From: Camelus dromedarius
Lineage: Eukaryota
DNA length: 64,000 nucleotides
Assembly (NCBI RefSeq): GCF_036321535.1
Contig: NC_087436.1
Location: forward strand, 8,370,001 to 8,434,000
Reading direction: 5' to 3'
The position numbers and the translations under genes are program-made. The notes beneath the pieces are model-generated. The model was not told the DNA's origin. It ran no database searches and was given only the letters and a program-made list of their open reading frames with translations. This document shows, one piece after another, positions 1 to 12,855 of the stretch. Position 1 is the first letter of the stretch. The number at the start of each line of letters is the position of its first letter.

Positions 1-705
1 TATACATCGCTTGAAACAATCTTAATAGAAAGCATGATATCATAGAGTCAAAATCAGGGAGCTGAAATTGCAAAAATTTGGGATTCTGAACAAGTTTATG
101 AATCTAAGATATAGGAAAATTAGTGACTAATTGAAAGTATTATTAAATGCATATGACACACGGTTACTGTGCAGGGTCGAATATTAAGTAGGAAGTGGAA
201 ACAAAATGACTGCTTCTACTTTTGAAAACACTGACGTGGAAATATTTGACCAAAAAATGGAAGAGCAGTTAAGTAAAATTCGATCCAGAAAAAATACTTG
301 TAACTTGGGGTTTATAGATCTGACTTGTCTTTTTTCTTAAAGAAGTTTACTGTGATGACTTGGAAAATTTTTAAAAAGGGTAAATACTTGTAGGTGGAAA
401 GGTCATTTGGAAACTGAAGAGAAATTCAGCTGTGAGAAAAATTAGGGAAATTGTGCAACATTATCAAAGATCAATAATAAGAAATATTAAGAAAATAACA
501 GGTAAGCCAAGTCCTGGGGGAAAATACTCTGAGAAAAGACTAGTATCCAGAATATATAAAGAAAAAAGCCTAAATACATTTTTAATTTGAAATAACTTTT
601 ACATTTGTTTTGTTGGCTTGAATAAGTATACTTTAGTATCTGAATTCATTTCAAATCAAGCATATAGTGACAGTGTTGGGAAAGGCAGTCTCTTGTGCAT
701 GCAAT

Positions 706-838
706 CTTTTTTTTTTTTTTCACCTTTAAAAAAATTTTATTTTATTGAGATAGAATTAGTATAACTTTGTGTGAATTTAAGATGTATGATGTGTTGACTT
801 GATACATTTAGATATTGCAGCATGATGACCACCACCTC
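706..838 (-). mobile_element. LINE-1 3' terminal fragment (old L1M type)
   Basis: Poly-T followed by 'ttattgagatagaatt...gatgtatgatgtgttgacttgatacattt', the typical antisense L1 3' end. Confidence 0.6.
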
Positions 839-1929
839 TGTGCACACAGTCTTTTGAGTCTTGTATACTGGGCAGTACAAAAATGGGGCACCCCTGGGGT
901 TCCACTTCCTCACCAAGAGCTAAAGAGACATCACAACCCAACCCGTGCAGGCTTATCACATTGTGTGGGATGATCCTTCCCTGTTTCCAACTCAGTGTGT
1001 GCTCCTTTCCTCTACTCAAGTGTGTGTGAAACGGCACCTCACCAACCCCCCTACTACTCTGCCTGCATTGGGAAGGGGAGGAGGTCCTTCATTCTACTCC
1101 ACAAGAGGGATTGTGTCCCTGTCTGCTGCCACTGGAGGAGACCCCACGACCATGGGGGGACCAATGCCCACTACTGAAGCTGATCTCACTCTGTTTCTTC
1201 TCTCTGAGAAGAAAGCCTTGTTCCGTCTTGAGGTGGACTGTACTGTGTCTTCCTTGAAGACTCTAACACCAAGATGCAGTGAGCAGAAGTGCTCAGACTT
1301 CTGCTCCTGGTGATGGACAAAGGATGCCACTGGTATGACAGTTAGACTACACCTAAAATGGAAATAAAAGACTTATTGAATTACTACAGAGGAAGAGTTA
1401 CCAAAAAAAGAGTTAACAATCTAAAGAAAATTTGAAGTACATAGCCTCAAAGTTTCTTTGCTATTGTAGAAGAAAATCTTGGGGTGGAAATGAAAAGTTT
1501 GAGAATGAAAGTAGAAGAAGTATACAAAGTATATATACATAAAACTAGAAAAGGAGTGATTTATCATTTTTGTGTGTGTGCTGAATAAACATTTTCTAGT
1601 AGACTTAGAGGAGATGTATTTTTATTTTGAAATAAATGCTAAAATAGGAATTTTCAACAATGAAATATGTCATATGATATTTTACATCACCTAATTATTC
1701 AAATAACAATGATGATCATATTTATCACTAATATAACTGCTATTACCAATAGAATAATAACATGAAAGTCCTAATTTGGAGAATCGGTAGGTTTATAGAT
1801 ATAAAGCACTCCAATATGCCATTTTTCCTATTTGAATAAGAATACAATATTTCCAAGTACCAGTCAATCTTAATGCATAAGTGAATTTCAAATATGTCTA
1901 CATTGTCCCTTTATTTAAGTAAGCAAACA

Positions 1930-2190
1930 TTATGTGGGTTAAAATTATATGCCAAAAAGCCCACTCTTAAGTGATGACTTTTTATAAAAGTATATACCCA
2001 CGTAACCACCACACAATCAATTTATAGAACACGCTTATCACCCCCCAAAATTCCCTTGTACTCCTTTGAAATTATTTCTTAATCCAAATGGAGCAATCAG
2101 GTTCTACTTTCTGTCACTATAGATTTATTTTTCACTTCTAGAATTTCATCTAAATGAGTCAACACTATGTACTCTGTTTTGTGTTTGACT
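1930..2190 (-). mobile_element. Old LINE-1 (L1MB/MC/ME-like) 3' UTR fragment
   Basis: 'gtaaccaccacacaatcaa...atcaccccccaaaattcccttg...ctttctgtcactatagattt...ctagaatttcat' follows the antisense old-L1 3' UTR pattern. Confidence 0.65.
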
Positions 2191-2649
2191 ATTTCATCGA
2201 TGTTTTCAAAGAATCAGTTTTTGATTTTATAAATGCCTATTCTTGTCCATTTATCATTTTATTTTTTTCCCTTACATTTTACTGTTTTGTTATGTATGTA
2301 TATACATACATTTATATATACATATTTTGTTTAATTCTTATCTGCAAATGGGAAGGGCAAATCTCCAAGAGGTTGGAAAAAAATAACTAGGGCGTTACAT
2401 GGTAAATGATATACAGAAGGCAAAGTTAGAAGGTATTCAATTTTTTATCATCCACTGAGGAGAGACCTGGTGGAAACCTCAGGGCATTCGGTGCAGTTGT
2501 CAAAGGGTAACGCCTTAGTAATAGGGCTAAATTAGCACCAGAATAACAGATAATCTAAAGCCTCATTAGCAAACCTTAAAAACAAAGTTGTATAGACTCA
2601 ATTTGGCAGTTTAAATAACTCCCAAACACACTATGACCTTTTTTAAATC

Positions 2650-2900
2650 AAAATATACAACACAACGACGATAGTTAACACTGCTGTATAATATGAAGGA
2701 AAACTGTTAAAAATTGTTAAATTTTCATCAGCAAGACGTATTATTTTTCTTCTTATTGTTTCTATAAAAGATGATAGATGTTAACTAAACCTATTGTGTT
2801 AATCATTTCATAATATATGTGAATCAAACCATCATGTTGTGTACTTTAAACTTATACAGTGATGTATGTCAATTATATCTCAATAAAGCTGGGGAAAAAA
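2650..2900 (+). mobile_element. LINE-1 (L1MA-like) 3' end
   Basis: Ends 'catcatgttgtgtactttaaacttatacagtgatgtatgtcaattatatctcaataaagctggggaaaaaa', a canonical L1MA terminus with polyA signal. Confidence 0.75.
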
Positions 2901-2904
2901 GTGA

Positions 2905-4890
2905 TAAATTATAAATCCTAACATTCAGCAAATTGATATTCATTAATACTGATATCTAATAAGATACTAGACATTCTAGAAAGCAGGAATGGGAAGCTCA
3001 ATATAAATAAATTCATAAATGACATAATTAGTAGACAAAGATTTAAAACAGGTACCATAAGTATGCTTAAGAATATAAAGGAAAACACAGGCATACTAAG
3101 AAAAAAAGATATATTTTTAAAAAACAAATGAAAATTCTAGAGATAATACAGTATCTAGAATTTAACAAAGAAGATCATTGGAGATACTCTCCAAAATATA
3201 GTCACTGAGGAAGAAAATATCACTGGACTAGATGGCTTATTTAGAATTGATCCAAAATGAAGCACATAGAATGACAAGATAGGAAAAACAATTGGTATTC
3301 CAGGGATAATATTATATGTTTGACATACACATAATTGGAAGCTGAGAAGAGAAACTAAAGCGAAAAACATTCTGAAGAAATAATGGCCCAACATTTTCCA
3401 AATTTTATAAAAGTTATAAATTATAAACACACAGCTCCAAGAAGCTCAAGATAAACATAAGGAAAATCATATCAAGTTACAGCTTAATCAAAGTGCTAAC
3501 CAAAATGAAAGCAAGACAACTTTCAAAGCAGCCAGAAAAACAAACAAGAAAAGACAGTATAACAAAGATTAAAATGGCACCCAACTTTAGAAAAATAAAG
3601 CCAGAATATAAATAAAATAATATCTTTAAAGAATTGACAGAAAAAGATGATATGTCAAAGTGATTCAGGATGAAAAAAATAAAGATGGAAATTTATATTT
3701 ATGTAAAGAAATGAAGGCTAGAAGAAATAGTAAATATATAAGAATAAAATACAATTCCTGTTTTTTTAACTTTTAGAAAGCAAAAAATGACTCTGAAGTT
3801 TTAAATACTTTATAACTTTTATAAGAAGAACCAATAAAAGTAAACCAAAAGGTATATATATCAATCCAATAATTCAGAGTAAAAGTAAAATGAAAATATA
3901 CAATTCATCCAAAAGAAAGCAAAGAGAAAAAAAAAACTTTTAAAAGGATATGACAGATAGAAAACATATAAGATAATATGCTTCAATGTCAATCATTTTG
4001 ATACATATATAACAATGGTTTAAATATTACAAATATAAGGTGGGCATTGTCTAAATGGATAAAAACACACGACCCAACTATATTATTACAAGAAACAGTG
4101 TTAATATGGACAAAAAAGTTTAATTTAAAATAACATAAAATACATCATATAAAATTTATCATAAAAGCTGGAGTAGGTATATTAATTTCTGATAAAATGC
4201 ATTTCAGAACAGGGAAGTTTACCAGAAATAAAGCATTAATTTAACAATTAAGAGAGAGTTAATTTATAAAGAAGACACAAATCTTCAATACTCATGCAAC
4301 TAATAATGTAGCTTCAAACTACACAAAGCAAAAATATATAAAAGAAAAAATATATAAATAAATACACAGCTCTAGATTTAGATTTCAGCCCTCCTCTCTC
4401 AGGAACTGATAAAACAAATAGAAAATCAGTAAGTATATGAAAGCCAGCACCCTCACCTCAACTGACCTGACTGATATTCACAAAATACTACATTCAGTAC
4501 TGGCAGAGAACACATTGTTTTCAATGCAGATGGAAAGTTCACCAAGGTAAGCCGCATGCTGGCTGTGAAATAAGTCTCCGTGAGTTTAAGAGTGTGAAAT
4601 CATACACATTTTTTTCTCTGACTACAAAAGAAATTAATCAGAAATGAATAAAATCAGAAATTAATAACACATATTTGGAATATCCCCGAATATCAGAAAT
4701 TAAACAACATACTTGCAATAACACAAGTATAAATGAAAATTTGTAAGTGAACTTATAAAATATTAAATGAAACGAGAACTGACATATCAAAAGTAAATTC
4801 TTGTATTAGGGAAGACTGAAAATCTCAAGACGCTGATTTAAACTTACAGTTTAAGCAGCTAAGAATATAGAGTGCAAATTAAAATTTTTG
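2905..4890 (+). mobile_element. Degenerate old LINE-1 body (ORF1 and ORF2 endonuclease remnants)
   Basis: A-rich strand. ORF1-like 'gaagaaataatggcccaacattttccaaat...ccaagaagctcaa'. ORF2 endonuclease-like 'aatggataaaaacacacgacccaactata', 'aaagctggagtaggtatattaatttctgataaa' and 'gcagagaacacattgttttcaatgca'. No intact ORF. Confidence 0.75.
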
Positions 4891-4899
4891 CAGAAATCC

Positions 4900-5441
4900 T
4901 GAGACAGAAGGGAAGGAGGCAGGGCACAACCACTAAAAGAATGACACTGCAATTGAGGATACGACATACACTGGTTGGAGCCAGGTAAGTCCAAGATGGC
5001 GGAAGGCTTGACTTCTAGTAGACCTTGAGCTTCATCACATCTCATTGCAATACATCAGCTGCGGAGTGACACCCACAGGCGCCATAATAATTCCCAGGCT
5101 GACCATGAAAGGCCAAAAAGTGGGTGGTGGCCCAATTCCTGGAAATCCTCACCCCTTCCCCAAAATAGTTGTAATCATCCTCCCACTAGTTAGCCTATGA
5201 AATTCCCCAGCCCATAAAACCTAACCACCCCTGCACCCTGGAACCATTCCTTCTGAGATGAACCACATTCTGTCTATGGAGTGAGTATCTCTGTAAATAA
5301 ACCTTCTTTCACTTTACTGTGGCTCCTTCTTGAACTCTTTCCTGCTCAAAGCCAAGGACCCTCACTTAGAGGCCTGTCCCACGGCCTGAGACCTGGGACA
5401 TGACTGTCCTCTGCACCCCTTCCCCCTATTTTCCTGCAACA
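4900..5441 (+). mobile_element. ERV1-type solo LTR (family A, copy 1)
   Basis: TG...CA termini (tgagacag...ctgcaaca), TATA-like 'cataaaa', internal AATAAA, 4-bp TSD atcc/atct. Colinear with 12856-13516. Confidence 0.85.
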
Positions 5442-6415
5442 ATCTGATACCTAAATCTAACCACAGGGTTAATTAGAAAATGCTCTTTCTACATAGCCTT
5501 TCTTCACTGATTATTGGTGAATAGTAATATCTGAGATTCAAAACAACATTGGAAAACCATAAAATTTTTTAAATGCCTAATTTCTTCAGAGTACGTAAAT
5601 ATGCCCTGTCTACTGTGGGATTCCTTTGATTTGGCATGAGCCAGGCGATCTTGCTTCACAGTGTCTGTCATAAACATTTATCATGTAAGCCATAGTTGGT
5701 TAACGTTGTTAAATAGTAATGCTTTCAAAAAGACAGGTGCTAGCCAATACTTTCCCAAATAAAGTAAGTATATAATTTTATATATAAAACATAATTTGAC
5801 TCACAAATTTGCCTATATAGAAAATTAATTTCTAGTCTTTTAATTATTAGGACAGTTTATTCTTTCTGCCGACTTGACAAGTTAGCTTTTCTTTTTCTTT
5901 CTTTCTTTCTTTTATTTATTTTAGTTTTCTCTTTCCACTTTGATTACATTATTAATTTTAATTAATAATTATGTAGCTCTGATGGGTAAATATCACCTTT
6001 TAAAATGAGACAACTAGCTTCCTTGAAACCGACATGCCTCTACGCTGCAGTGGGGGACTCTGCAAATCTAGTCTCTGGGAGGAGGACCACTCTTTCTACC
6101 GCTACCTCCAGATTCCTTTACCTTGGATGTGGGATGTTTGACTTGTTAATTTAGCAACTGTTACTATTCATATAAATCTAAAATAAAGTCTTGTTTACTT
6201 GAAAGACCACACCTGGCCATTTTTCTACTTTAAGGAGGGGTCTGGAAGTATAGATGTGACAAGAGCAGTAGAATGAATGCCCCTGGCTGTGGGAAACAGC
6301 ATAAGGTCACTGATGCAGTGGACAGGATGGTGACACAGGATGGAGACTTCTACCAGCAAAGGTATTGAGTTTTTGCTCCAGGGCTGTCTCTGGTCTGGTT
6401 ATTGAAAATATATCA

Positions 6416-6560
6416 GGGGATGGGTGTAGCTCAAGTGGTAGAGCACATACTTAGCATACACAAGGTCCTGGGTTCAATCCCCAGAACTGCCTCTAAAAAT
6501 AAATCAATAAGTAAACCTAACTACCACCCACCACAAAAAAAAAAAAAAAAAAGAAAGAAA
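6416..6560 (+). mobile_element. tRNA-Ala-derived SINE (camelid Vic-1-like), full length
   Basis: A box 'tagctcaagtgg', B box 'ggttcaatcc', AT-rich linker, poly-A tail. TSD gaaaatatat(ca/tg) at 6404 and 6561. Confidence 0.9.
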
Positions 6561-6667
6561 GAAAATATATTGAATGGTTTTGGAGTGAATAAATCCCTTT
6601 AAAATGTTTGAATAAATAAAGGACAATAGGAGAATATAAAACCTCTGGAGAGATACAGTAATTTTCT

Positions 6668-6900
6668 TGTTATTATTATTATTATTTGGGGGGGTTGTTT
6701 CCAGTTTATTTTTCATTTTTTATTGAGGTGTAGTTGATTTATAGTGTTAGTTTCAGGTACACAGCAAAATGATTCAGTTATACATATACATACATATATA
6801 TGCATTTTTATTCTGTTTTTAATGGAGGTACTGGGGATTGAACCCAGGACCTTGGGAATGCTAAGTATGGTTCTCTACCACTGAGTTATACCCACCCCCT
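6668..6900 (-). mobile_element. tRNA-derived SINE interrupted by a short L1 3' end
   Basis: Antisense head 'ggaggtactggggattgaacccagg...ctctaccactgagttatac' (6822-6900) and tail at about 6668-6713. An L1 3' fragment lies at about 6720-6802. Confidence 0.8.
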
Positions 6901-7929
6901 CCTGTTAATTTAATCGGGAAATGATTGGAGCCGTTAGTTTGAAAAAAATAAAGTAACCTGAAATGAAGAGAAATGGAATGAAATAAAACAAAATAAAATA
7001 ATAAATAAATGACCAGATGAAGGCCTGGAATTGTGGCAGTGGATCATGGTTTTATTCATCCTTCTCAGCATCATAAGGGGCACAAAAACACAGTTTAAGC
7101 TTATTCAGAATAGAAATATTATGTTAATATGGGCTTTGCAAATTTATTAATTTTTTTTAAATCACTGATGGACGACCTTGTTTACTGAGCTCACTGGTTT
7201 TGTGCACCTCACTGTATTTTCCTGCATGTGTTTCCTCTGTGTTGTGATTTCTGGCACCGGCCATCCTGCTGCTTCTGCTATGAAGCGATCTGCTCTAAGA
7301 GGACAAATATTTCCTGCCCTCTAACAAGGCACGCTAACTTGGTTGCTCTTAGAGCTGCTGCTGTAAATCTCTTTCTTAATCTCGCACACAACCAGTCCTG
7401 CTCTGATCACTTCACTGCTCCTTCTGGGAGCAGCCGCAGAAACTGCATCCTGCATCAGGATTCTATTATAAACAAAGAGCATTCATAAAGGAAACTATTT
7501 CTGCCATTCTGCTATTTCTCCTCCCCCTTCCCATTTAGGTTTGTTTCGTTGGAACAGACCTCATTGCTTACAGAAGGGCCAATATAATAGAGGAAAAGAA
7601 AAAACAAGTAACATTTCTGCTCTTTCTCTGTTTACTAGACAACATCTTTTTTCTCTCCTGTTACTCAGAGATTAATCCATGGATGGTCCTCACCTGTTGT
7701 TTTCACTCCTATTCAATTGCTGCTAATATAGGGATTATTTAAATGTATCTGGTTTAGTCATGTTTATTTGTGGCAGTGCAAAGCATTCATTTATTTCTCA
7801 TCTGCAGTAGACTCCCTTCTGCGCCCCCCCTAGTCCCCTGCCCCCTGCATGTCACTTCATCCTACACTCCTGAACAATATATTCTCTACTTCAAAGTGAT
7901 CTTCCAGGATTAGCTTCCAAAGCTAAGCA

Positions 7930-8250
7930 CCTGGATTCTATTAATAAATCAAGAAGACATGATGCTTTCCCTGGGGCAGCTCATTTTCTACCTGGGATTC
8001 AGAAATAAACTTAAAGGAACAAATATAATATTTACAAACGTGACAAATACTAATAGGGAACAACCAAATTACTAAGTTAAATAAAAAAATGACGAGGCAC
8101 AAGTTCTGGTAGGGTGATCAGAGACAGCTTCTCCAATCAGATAGCACTGAAGGAAAGTCCTGAAAAATACGTAGAAGTAGATATTTTAAAAAAAGAGTAC
8201 TCGGGGTGAAGAAACTGGCATGAAAAAGATCATACATGCTGTTTGAGAAA
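7930..8250 (-). mobile_element. LINE-2 fragment
   Basis: 'aagacatgatgctttccctggggcagctcattttcta...gacagcttctcc...gtcctgaaaaatacgtagaagt' resembles a degenerate L2 3' region. Confidence 0.45.
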
Positions 8251-8380
8251 CAAAGAAATCATATGAAGGTGCCTTGCCCTGAGGTGTAAAAAAAGCTCCA
8301 TGACAAATAAAAAGGTTTTAAAATATCAGTTTGGTGAAATTATTTTAAATGATTAATTGAAGTACTTTTGCATTAGGGGA

Positions 8381-8405
8381 TTTTTTTTTTTTTTTTTTTT
8401 TTTTT
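8381..8405. repeat. (T)25 homopolymer
   Basis: Directly visible. Confidence 0.9.
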
Positions 8406-9092
8406 ACTTTGTGCAATGCTTATTTCTGTTGGGAATGAAACCTGGCCTGTGTTTGCCTGACCTTAGCTGGGAAGAGCTCAAGTTGTGTGGGTTCAAGAAT
8501 TAGTTAAAGTAAGTTGAATGCTGTTAAAGATACATCCTGACACTCAGTGTCTTAAGTGAATTAGTTCATTAACACTGGGAAGTGTGGCTACACACTGTCA
8601 CCTGTAAACTTTACTGTAGGGGGAGTTCTGCTCAACAGAGTTGAATCAGGAACTCAGACTGATGCTGGCTATCCCTTCTTCAACATTTGACTTCCCAGAT
8701 CACCCTAGATTTAAAAAAAAAAAAAAAAGCTGTCACATGGATGACGGTGAAGGGGAGAAAGAATTAAGCAAGAAGTTTTGGGAAGGACTTGGTCTGGAAG
8801 TGGATTTTATCACCTTTTCCTCACTAATTGAATCTCATTAATCGAAGATTCAGACACACAATTGCATTAACAATAAGGAAACGTAAAATACAGTCCACTG
8901 TGTGCTTAAAAGGGCATGCCAACTTTGAAGAATAACTAGCCAGTCTCTGACCTAATAAGCAACATAGTTTTTTTTTCACTGTAAACTGGAATGTTTTCTG
9001 GGGCAAATAATATTTTTTCAGGATCTACTGTATAAAAAACAGAAATAAAATTTGCATGGATTCTTTTAGATTCAGTGCATGTTTTTAAATGC

Positions 9093-9353
9093 TGATAAAT
9101 TAGGAGTTTGTGATTTGCAGATACTAACTAGTGTGTACAAAATAGAAAAACAGCCAAGTCCTACTGTGCAGCACAGGGAACTATATTCAGTATCTTATAA
9201 TAACATATAATTAAAAAGAATGTGAGCAAGAATATATATATATATTCTTATATGTATTTATATATATATATATAAACTGAATCACTGTGCTGTACACTGG
9301 AAATTAACACTACATTGTAAATCAACTCTGCTTCAGTCATTAAAAAAAAAAAA
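9093..9353 (+). mobile_element. Artiodactyl-type LINE-1 3' end (5'-truncated)
   Basis: 'gataaattaggagttt...gtcctactgtgcagcacagggaactatattca...cattgtaaatcaact' plus poly-A. Same family as several other copies in the window. Confidence 0.85.
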
Positions 9354-11379
9354 TAGATCATCACTGGAAGTGGACAGAGGCAGTTTCTGTAGAGCATCAT
9401 GGATTAGCCATAGAGACATGCTGTGCCATCATGTTATGTGGCAATGAAAGTATGGAGCCAATATCTTTTCTTTACATGTAGCTGAATTCATTTTGTGTCC
9501 CAGTTGTGAAGGTCTGTGTTTGCATGTTCACGATGTCGAATCATTTGTGTTACACATGCAAGGAGGGACATAGCAGTGGGGACAGAAAGGTGACTGCAGA
9601 GTCATTTGGTGTATGTAATGCTTCTCCCCCCTCTTTAAGTTTATTTCATTGGAACAGACCTCGCTGCTTACAGGTTACAAAATTTATATCAGGAAATAGA
9701 ACACCAGGGAACATTTTCAAAGATCCCTGTTTGGGAGAAAGAAATGGCTAGCCTATTTTAGATCATGTGCCTAGCAAATCCAGTTAGGTATTTTATTTGT
9801 CTTCATCAATAGTCTTGACCTGGTTTCCAGCGATGTGCGAGACAGTCCTCAGAGCTGTATTTAGCTATATTTATTTATAGAAACCAAATGTGTAATTAAC
9901 ATGTCTCAGGGAAGTGAAGTAAGTGTCAGTTTCATCCCATTAAGTGTCATCTAATCAAATTTCATGAATTAATGTTCTCAGGGAGCAGTGTTTCCTGGAG
10001 GTATATTGGCTGAGGTGAGAAGTAGGGATGCAGATTAATTGGAAATCAATTTTTGGAACAGACAAGGGGCTCTTAGGTGGTATCTCATTGGCAGGTAAGC
10101 TTAAATGCTTTGGAAAATAAAAGGGAAGAAATGATAACTATGTAACATTCTTGACCATCGTTCACTATGTAACAGTCCATAATTTTACAATTACTCCTGG
10201 GCCTGTAATTACTTACGTTTATGTTGGCAATCATATTATTTGGTTTTGAAAACTGCGCTACTAATTATTAGGTTTCTGAAGCTGTATTTTGTAGCATCCA
10301 TCCAGTCGCTATTATTTATTATCTGTAGTTCTGACCCTGTAAATTCAGAACTTCTATGTGCTCCTGGGAGTATTCTTTCTTTGATGAGACATTTATAGTG
10401 CAGGGGTATTAAGATGAAACATTTCATTGAAAAGGTCATTAAACATCTAAATTCATAAGCAAGTCTGTTTAAATGATGCTATAATGGCACGTTCATGAGT
10501 ACCGGAAAAATCCTTAAAGACGTATTATAACTAAAAGTAACAGCAAATACATGTTTAAAATGGACTATTTTATTCAGCGAATTAGGATGTAAGAATCACA
10601 AGAGAGACTGAAGGCCTTTTAGTTTTGTAGTTTTCGTACCTTGGTGTGCATCAGACTATGTTGATCCTTGGAAGATTTTATTTAGTAAGATTCTTTTTGA
10701 AGCCAGAAATCTGTACTTCAAAAGTGACAACAAACATTCTGCAGGTAATTCTGACAGAGCCAGGCTGTGTAATTACATGTGAGAATGGCTGTTCAAGAAG
10801 AATTCTTTCATTTTACATACAAGAAAGTGATATCCAAAAACAGTAAGACCCCAGGTTAAAAGACTCTTTTTAATTTTGTCCAGTTTTCTTAGAGTTCTAG
10901 GCTGGGGGCGGTGGTAGGGGGAGGTGAGTATAAGTTACTGCAATGGGGCTGGCAGTGCATTATGTTAGTGTGTTATGTCTTTTCGTTACATGTACTTTTA
11001 AATCAACCTCTTTTTAAATTTTTAGTACTGGTTTTACTGTCAAAATATGCATTTTTAATTCATGAAAGAACAAGCAGAGTTGAACTTATATTATTTAAAC
11101 TTTACACTTCTTCCTACTTCACATTTCATCTTTGTCAATTTTTAGTTCCAACCTCCCATTTCTGGCTTCTCAAATGGGATAATGTCCCAGGAGGATAATC
11201 ACTTACCTACCTGGACGTGTGATTTCGAGTGCTGTTGTCATGTCTTGTGTTTCCATGTGTACCATACATCACATTTCACATTTTATTAATTTTATTTTTG
11301 TCAGTTTTTTCCTAAGAAGATTATGAAAAAAAAAAAAACCAGACTTTTTTTACATCTTTAATTTTCTGGCATCTTCTTT

Positions 11380-12855
11380 CCTTTCAGGAGATCCCCATTT
11401 CTGTTTGGTGTTGCTCTCTTACAACCTGAAAAATATCCTTACTGTTTCTTCTTTCTTTTAATATTTATTTATTATTGTATTATTTAATTATTTTATTTTG
11501 ATGAAGGGAAGTAATTAGGTTTATTTCTTTTTAGAGGAGGCACTGGGGATTGAACCCAGGACCTTGTGCATGCTAAGCATGTGTTGTACCACTTAAGCCA
11601 TACCCTCCCCCATCCTTATTCTTTCTAATAGCTCAACCAGATCTCCTAGTTTTCATTTGTCTGAAAAGGGTTTTATTTCACCCTTGTTTTCAAGAATATT
11701 TTCACTGTCTATAAAATCAGTTGGACAGAACCTTGTCTTTTTTTCCTTCTTTCTTTCAGCCTTTTAAACTATCATTCTCCTATCTTCAGACCTCCATTAT
11801 TTCTGATGAAGAAAAAATGAGATTTCCATTATTGTTTTCCTGTATATAATATTTCTTTTTTCTTTGAATACTTTCTGATTATCTTTTGACTTTTCTACTG
11901 AATTTCTTTGGACCTAAAAGTTCATTCATTTCTATCATGTTTGGGAAATTATTTTACATTATTTCTTCAAAAACATTCTACCTTATTCTCATATGCTTCT
12001 TGTCCTGGAACTATTATTATGTGTATGTTAGTTTGTTTTAGTTTGTCTGACAATTGCTGGCTATCCTGTGCCTGTTTCTCTCAATCATATCTCTCTTGCT
12101 ACTAAGATGTAATTTTTATTGTATATTTTTTATTGATCAGTGATCAAGTTTACTGGCTCTTCTCTCATCTCCAATCTACAGTGAAGCACAGGAGAAATTT
12201 TCACCTCAGTTATTATGATTTTCAGTTTTAGAATGTCTTTTTTTTTTTAATGGATCCCATTTCTCTGAGGAGATTACATATATGTACATTCATTATCATC
12301 TTATTTTGTTTAATTCTTTGAAAATAGTTATAGAATCTGCTTTACCTGTTTTAAACTTGTTGTCTACAAAATCTAACATTCAAGACATCTCTGGTTTGAC
12401 TCCTGTTGACTGTTTTATTGACTACGAATCATATAGGCTGGTTTCCTTGCTTATCTAAATTTTTAAATTACTATTTTGTACTGAAAAAAATTTATGATAC
12501 ACTATAGAGACTCTAGATTCTGTTAACTTTCCCGGAAGTATATTTATTTTCTTCTGGTAGAGAGTTCAACCACTGGCTGATCACCTTGCCCTTAGGCAGG
12601 CTTTGTTAACTCTTGGAAAGGATCGGTGCAAAGTCCGTGGTGTTCCCAAAGCTCCTCTAACTTGTAAGACTCAGTCTCCACACACTGCCTCTCCCATGGG
12701 ACTTGTCAGGTCTTGGTTTTAGTTGTGTTGGGGAAGGCACAGTGTAGGCTTTACTTAGGTCCTCATACTAACTCATAAGGTGTGGTGTTTCTGGTGTCTC
12801 AGCTGGATGCCCATGATGTGAAGGAAGTGACAAGGAGAGTTTTCCACTTTCACTG
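11380..12855 (-). mobile_element. Degenerate old LINE-1 (ORF1/5' region); continues at about 13517-13980 beyond the LTR
   Basis: T-rich antisense ORF1-like sequence: 'tttcatttgtctgaaaagggttttatttcacc', 'tttgggaaattattttacattatttcttcaaa', 'ttcacctcagttattatgattttcagttttaga'. Confidence 0.65.
11450..11611 (-). mobile_element. tRNA-derived SINE inserted in old L1
   Basis: 'ggaggcactggggattgaacccaggaccttgtgcatgctaagcatg...ccataccctcccc'. Approximate TSD atccttactgtttct/atccttattctttct. Confidence 0.88.

Noticed and set aside
6416..6495. tRNA-Ala gene (also 60480-60550 and other copies)
   Set aside because: The tRNA-like heads have broken stems and are followed by SINE linker, poly-A and TSDs, so they are SINEs.
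7292..7354. Possible pre-miRNA hairpin (gctctaagag ... ctcttagagc)
   Set aside because: Only a 10-bp stem; the interior does not pair well enough for a Drosha substrate.
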